Virus record (IMG/VR): IMGVR_UViG_3300037034_000031
Source: a virus
Length of the DNA: 44,827 bases
Direction: 5' to 3' (one strand)
Shown: in pieces, positions 42,650-44,827 of the stretch
How the letters are laid out: every line of letters starts with the position of its first letter
Position numbering within the stretch: position 1 is the stretch's first letter
Notes under the pieces: model-generated
The model's input: only the letters and a program-made list of their open reading frames with translations
What the model was told of the DNA's origin: nothing
Database searches by the model: none
Translations under genes and position numbers: made by a program

Positions 42650-43657
42650 TTACAGACCCAGTTCGTCGATCTCGTTCTGTGCTGGGTCTTCCTTCTTAGC
42701 CTTTTTGGACTTCTTGTCCTTCTTAGGCTTTTTCTCTTTCTTCTCCTTGGCGGGCTTCTCTTCCTCGCCACTGTCGGTGCTGTCTACAACATCGCCGCCG
42801 TACATATCAGCGTCGAAGTCAACACCGTCCAGCATACACTGCAGTGGGGAACCATCGTAGTTCTTCGCCGCGATGATGTCGTTCTGTACGAAGTTCTTAG
42901 ACACCTTCGTCACAGTGCCGTCCTTGGCCTTACGCTCATACTCACCTTCAGCGAACAGGCTGTCCCAGTGAGCTTGCTGTGGCTTGTCCCACAGGAAGAA
43001 CTCGATCTTACCCAACATCGCAGGTACGTCGATAGGCTTGACCTCGTCAGTCTCTTCGCCATCTTCGTCCAACACTGCGTTCACAGCAGGCGACAACATG
43101 GGAACACCACTGTCTTTCCAAGTCTCCCAGATGCGCAGCTCTTTGTTGTCTGGTTCCTTCTCAGAGGCAGCCTTAGCAGCGTCGCGATCTTTCTTGGTCT
43201 GCAGCACTTTCTTGTTCTGCTCCCAGTTCACCTTCAGCTTCCACGCCTTCGAACCGATCATCTGTGCGAAGTGTGTGATAGAGCTGTCACCTTCACGCAT
43301 AAGCTCGAACAGCTTACGCAGTGTTGACTTCTCGTGAGTGGATTTCTTACAGGTCAGGAACAGACGACGTGCATTCACAGGCTTACCGTGTTCATCCAGT
43401 CGGATACCATCTTTGGAGAGTACCTCGAATACCAGCCGTACTGTGTCTACCAGATCAATCTCTTCTGATTGGTATTTCTTCTTTTCCTGCGTACCCATCT
43501 CTACGTAGGATACGAGACGTACCACATGGTTCTTGGCAGGGAGGATTTCTCGTTTGAAGTCTCCACCACCTGTGGAGATACTGAGATCGTCTAATTCATT
43601 TTCTTCAATGAAGTTGTTCAGATCATCAATGTTCAGGATGTTCATAGTGTCAGACAT
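42650..43657 (-). CDS. Putative ssDNA-binding protein (gp2.5-type position), 335 aa
   Basis: First gene after the middle promoter, next to the replication and recombination nucleases. Lys/Glu-rich C-terminal tail ending in acidic NEIDELGL. Assigned by context only. Confidence 0.4.
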   Translation of the reverse strand: MSDTMNILNIDDLNNFIEENELDDLSISTGGGDFKREILPAKNHVVRLVSYVEMGTQEKKKYQSEEIDLVDTVRLVFEVLSKDGIRLDEHGKPVNARRLFLTCKKSTHEKSTLRKLFELMREGDSSITHFAQMIGSKAWKLKVNWEQNKKVLQTKKDRDAAKAASEKEPDNKELRIWETWKDSGVPMLSPAVNAVLDEDGEETDEVKPIDVPAMLGKIEFFLWDKPQQAHWDSLFAEGEYERKAKDGTVTKVSKNFVQNDIIAAKNYDGSPLQCMLDGVDFDADMYGGDVVDSTDSGEEEKPAKEKKEKKPKKDKKSKKAKKEDPAQNEIDELGL

Positions 43658-43763
43658 ATTGTATTCCTTATTGGGATTTAATTAGCAATCTTCGATTGTG
43701 TATCGTATCCACCCCTACGGGAAGATACTCTTCTTGAAACTGATACTGAAATCAGCTTGGTGG

Positions 43764-43783
43764 TTATCCTATAGTAGTGACAC
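43764..43783 (-). promoter_or_regulatory. Phage RNAP promoter (middle genes; upstream of the RNAP gene itself)
   Basis: Minus strand GTGTCACTACTATAGGATAA, 2 nt after the stop at 43786. The leader to ATG 43657 is about 110 nt. Confidence 0.78.
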
Positions 43784-43785
43784 AG

Positions 43786-43977
43786 CTAGGCTACACGGGT
43801 GTAGACGCAGAAATCTGCCTCAATGCTTTCACCCACATCTAACTTCTTAAGATAACCGTCTACGTACCAAGACATGTCCATGATGGAGTCGTCTCGACGA
43901 GATAGGTACGGCGGAAGAGTGTCTAAATCGAACTCCTCTTCCTTACCGGACCAACACACTCTTTTGAACCGCATCAT
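43786..43977 (-). CDS. Hypothetical protein (63 aa)
   Basis: ATGA overlap with the DNA polymerase stop. Confidence 0.5.
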   Translation of the reverse strand: MMRFKRVCWSGKEEEFDLDTLPPYLSRRDDSIMDMSWYVDGYLKKLDVGESIEADFCVYTRVA

Positions 43978-44827
43978 ATGTGTCTCATTTCATTCATGTT
44001 CAAACCTACTTCACTGTCTACAGGGAAAGGTACTGTGATGTTCATACCATGCCTTGCATTGAACCTCTCTGGGATAGAGGACATAATCTCCTTAGCTGTT
44101 GGCGTGATCTTCTCTGCCAGTTTCATGGTCTTACAATCGAACCATACGCAGTCGTGCACTGTGTTACACAGGATGACGTATGGGTCAAACATACCGCCAC
44201 CGAAGAAGTCCTCTGCGATTAACCAGCGGATCAGCCAGCCTAGCGCTGCCTGCACCACCTCGCCCCCAGTACCCTGTGTAGGATAGTTGAGGATTTCAGG
44301 CTGTGCGAACTGATCCATGATACCGCGGTCCTGTAGGAACTTCGGTGTGTCGTAGGACCGCCACGTGTAGCGAGTGCCTGTGGGTGCCTGCCAGTAGCCC
44401 CGGCGGTATACGCCCCAACTACCGTCATCACGCTGCGCCCGGATAGGCTCTGACGTGTCGTCTGCGGCCTGTGTGACAGACGCATAGAACGTCGAGATGC
44501 CCGGATACATGACTTCCTCTCCTGCGATCAGCTCCTTCACCTCGTCCACGGTCATGCCGGTAGCATTCGCGATGGTTGGGGCACCTGCGCCGTAGGCACG
44601 CTGGAACGAGAAGATTTTGGCAGATGTCCGTAGCCGTGACCACAGCCCGTACTTCGGATGATCCTCGTCCTTACACCACAGCAGCGCGTCGTCGTAGGAG
44701 CAGCCCTGCTTCTGTGCAACCCGCTTACAGTGGAAGTCGATCCGGTTGTTCAAGTCGGCTAGCAGCTGCTTGTCTTCAGTCAGCACGCCCTGCACAACCA
44801 CTTCCAGTTGGCTGTAGTCGATCTCGA
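43974..44827 (-). CDS. Family A DNA polymerase, C-terminal part
   Basis: KIFSFQRAYGAG (motif B) and NTVHDCVWFD (motif C). The sequence VVQGVLTEDKQLLADLNNRIDFHCKRVAQKQ is shared with the translation of 1-123. Confidence 0.92.
   Translation of the reverse strand, partial: EIDYSQLEVVVQGVLTEDKQLLADLNNRIDFHCKRVAQKQGCSYDDALLWCKDEDHPKYGLWSRLRTSAKIFSFQRAYGAGAPTIANATGMTVDEVKELIAGEEVMYPGISTFYASVTQAADDTSEPIRAQRDDGSWGVYRRGYWQAPTGTRYTWRSYDTPKFLQDRGIMDQFAQPEILNYPTQGTGGEVVQAALGWLIRWLIAEDFFGGGMFDPYVILCNTVHDCVWFDCKTMKLAEKITPTAKEIMSSIPERFNARHGMNITVPFPVDSEVGLNMNEMRHI
44705..44827. repeat. Second copy of the 123-bp assembly overlap
   Basis: Identical to 1-123. Confidence 0.9.

Noticed and set aside
1-44827. 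tRNA, rRNA, integrase, transposase or CRISPR features
   Set aside because: No T-loop/acceptor-type cloverleaf candidates (GTTCGAATC-like motifs occur only inside CDSs). No recombinase-like ORFs and no repeat-spacer arrays were seen on either strand.

Overview
The window is a complete, circularly closed assembly of a T7-like (Autographiviridae-type) lytic podovirus. It has 44,704 unique bp plus a 123-bp end overlap (1-123 = 44705-44827) that falls inside the family A DNA polymerase gene. All credible genes (about 70) are on the minus strand; the long plus-strand ORFs in the track are antisense shadows.

Reading the minus strand from about 14.2 kb downwards:
- an AT-rich, repeat-laden non-coding region that probably holds the genome end and early promoters (13.6-14.5 kb);
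- small early genes separated by 44-bp palindromic repeats;
- an unusual ORF-free stretch of about 0.7 kb (12.47-13.15 kb);
- a tightly ATGA-coupled early/middle cluster. It holds two tetrapeptide-repeat paralogs, a signal-anchored GH24 endolysin plus unimolecular spanin, primase, DnaB-like helicase, a metallophosphoesterase, a dNMP kinase and the DNA polymerase (which wraps the window ends);
- an SSB-like protein, a 5'-3' exonuclease and endonuclease VII;
- the single-subunit RNA polymerase (38176-40587);
- a T7-ordered late region: portal, scaffold, capsid, tail tubular A and B, three internal virion proteins, two paralogous fibres, a holin-like protein, and small and large terminase;
- a post-terminase accessory fibre module (14496-16893).

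Five near-identical T7-like promoters (minus-strand consensus GTNNCACTACTATAGGATA) and one divergent copy were found by eye. One of them lies upstream of the RNAP gene itself. No tRNA, rRNA, CRISPR array, integrase or transposase was seen.

The most interesting items are the ORF-free early segment flanked by conserved palindromes, the Z-DNA-prone and tandem-repeat region, the G-x-V-x repeat protein pair, the displaced lysis module with a u-spanin, and the three-fibre receptor-binding repertoire.
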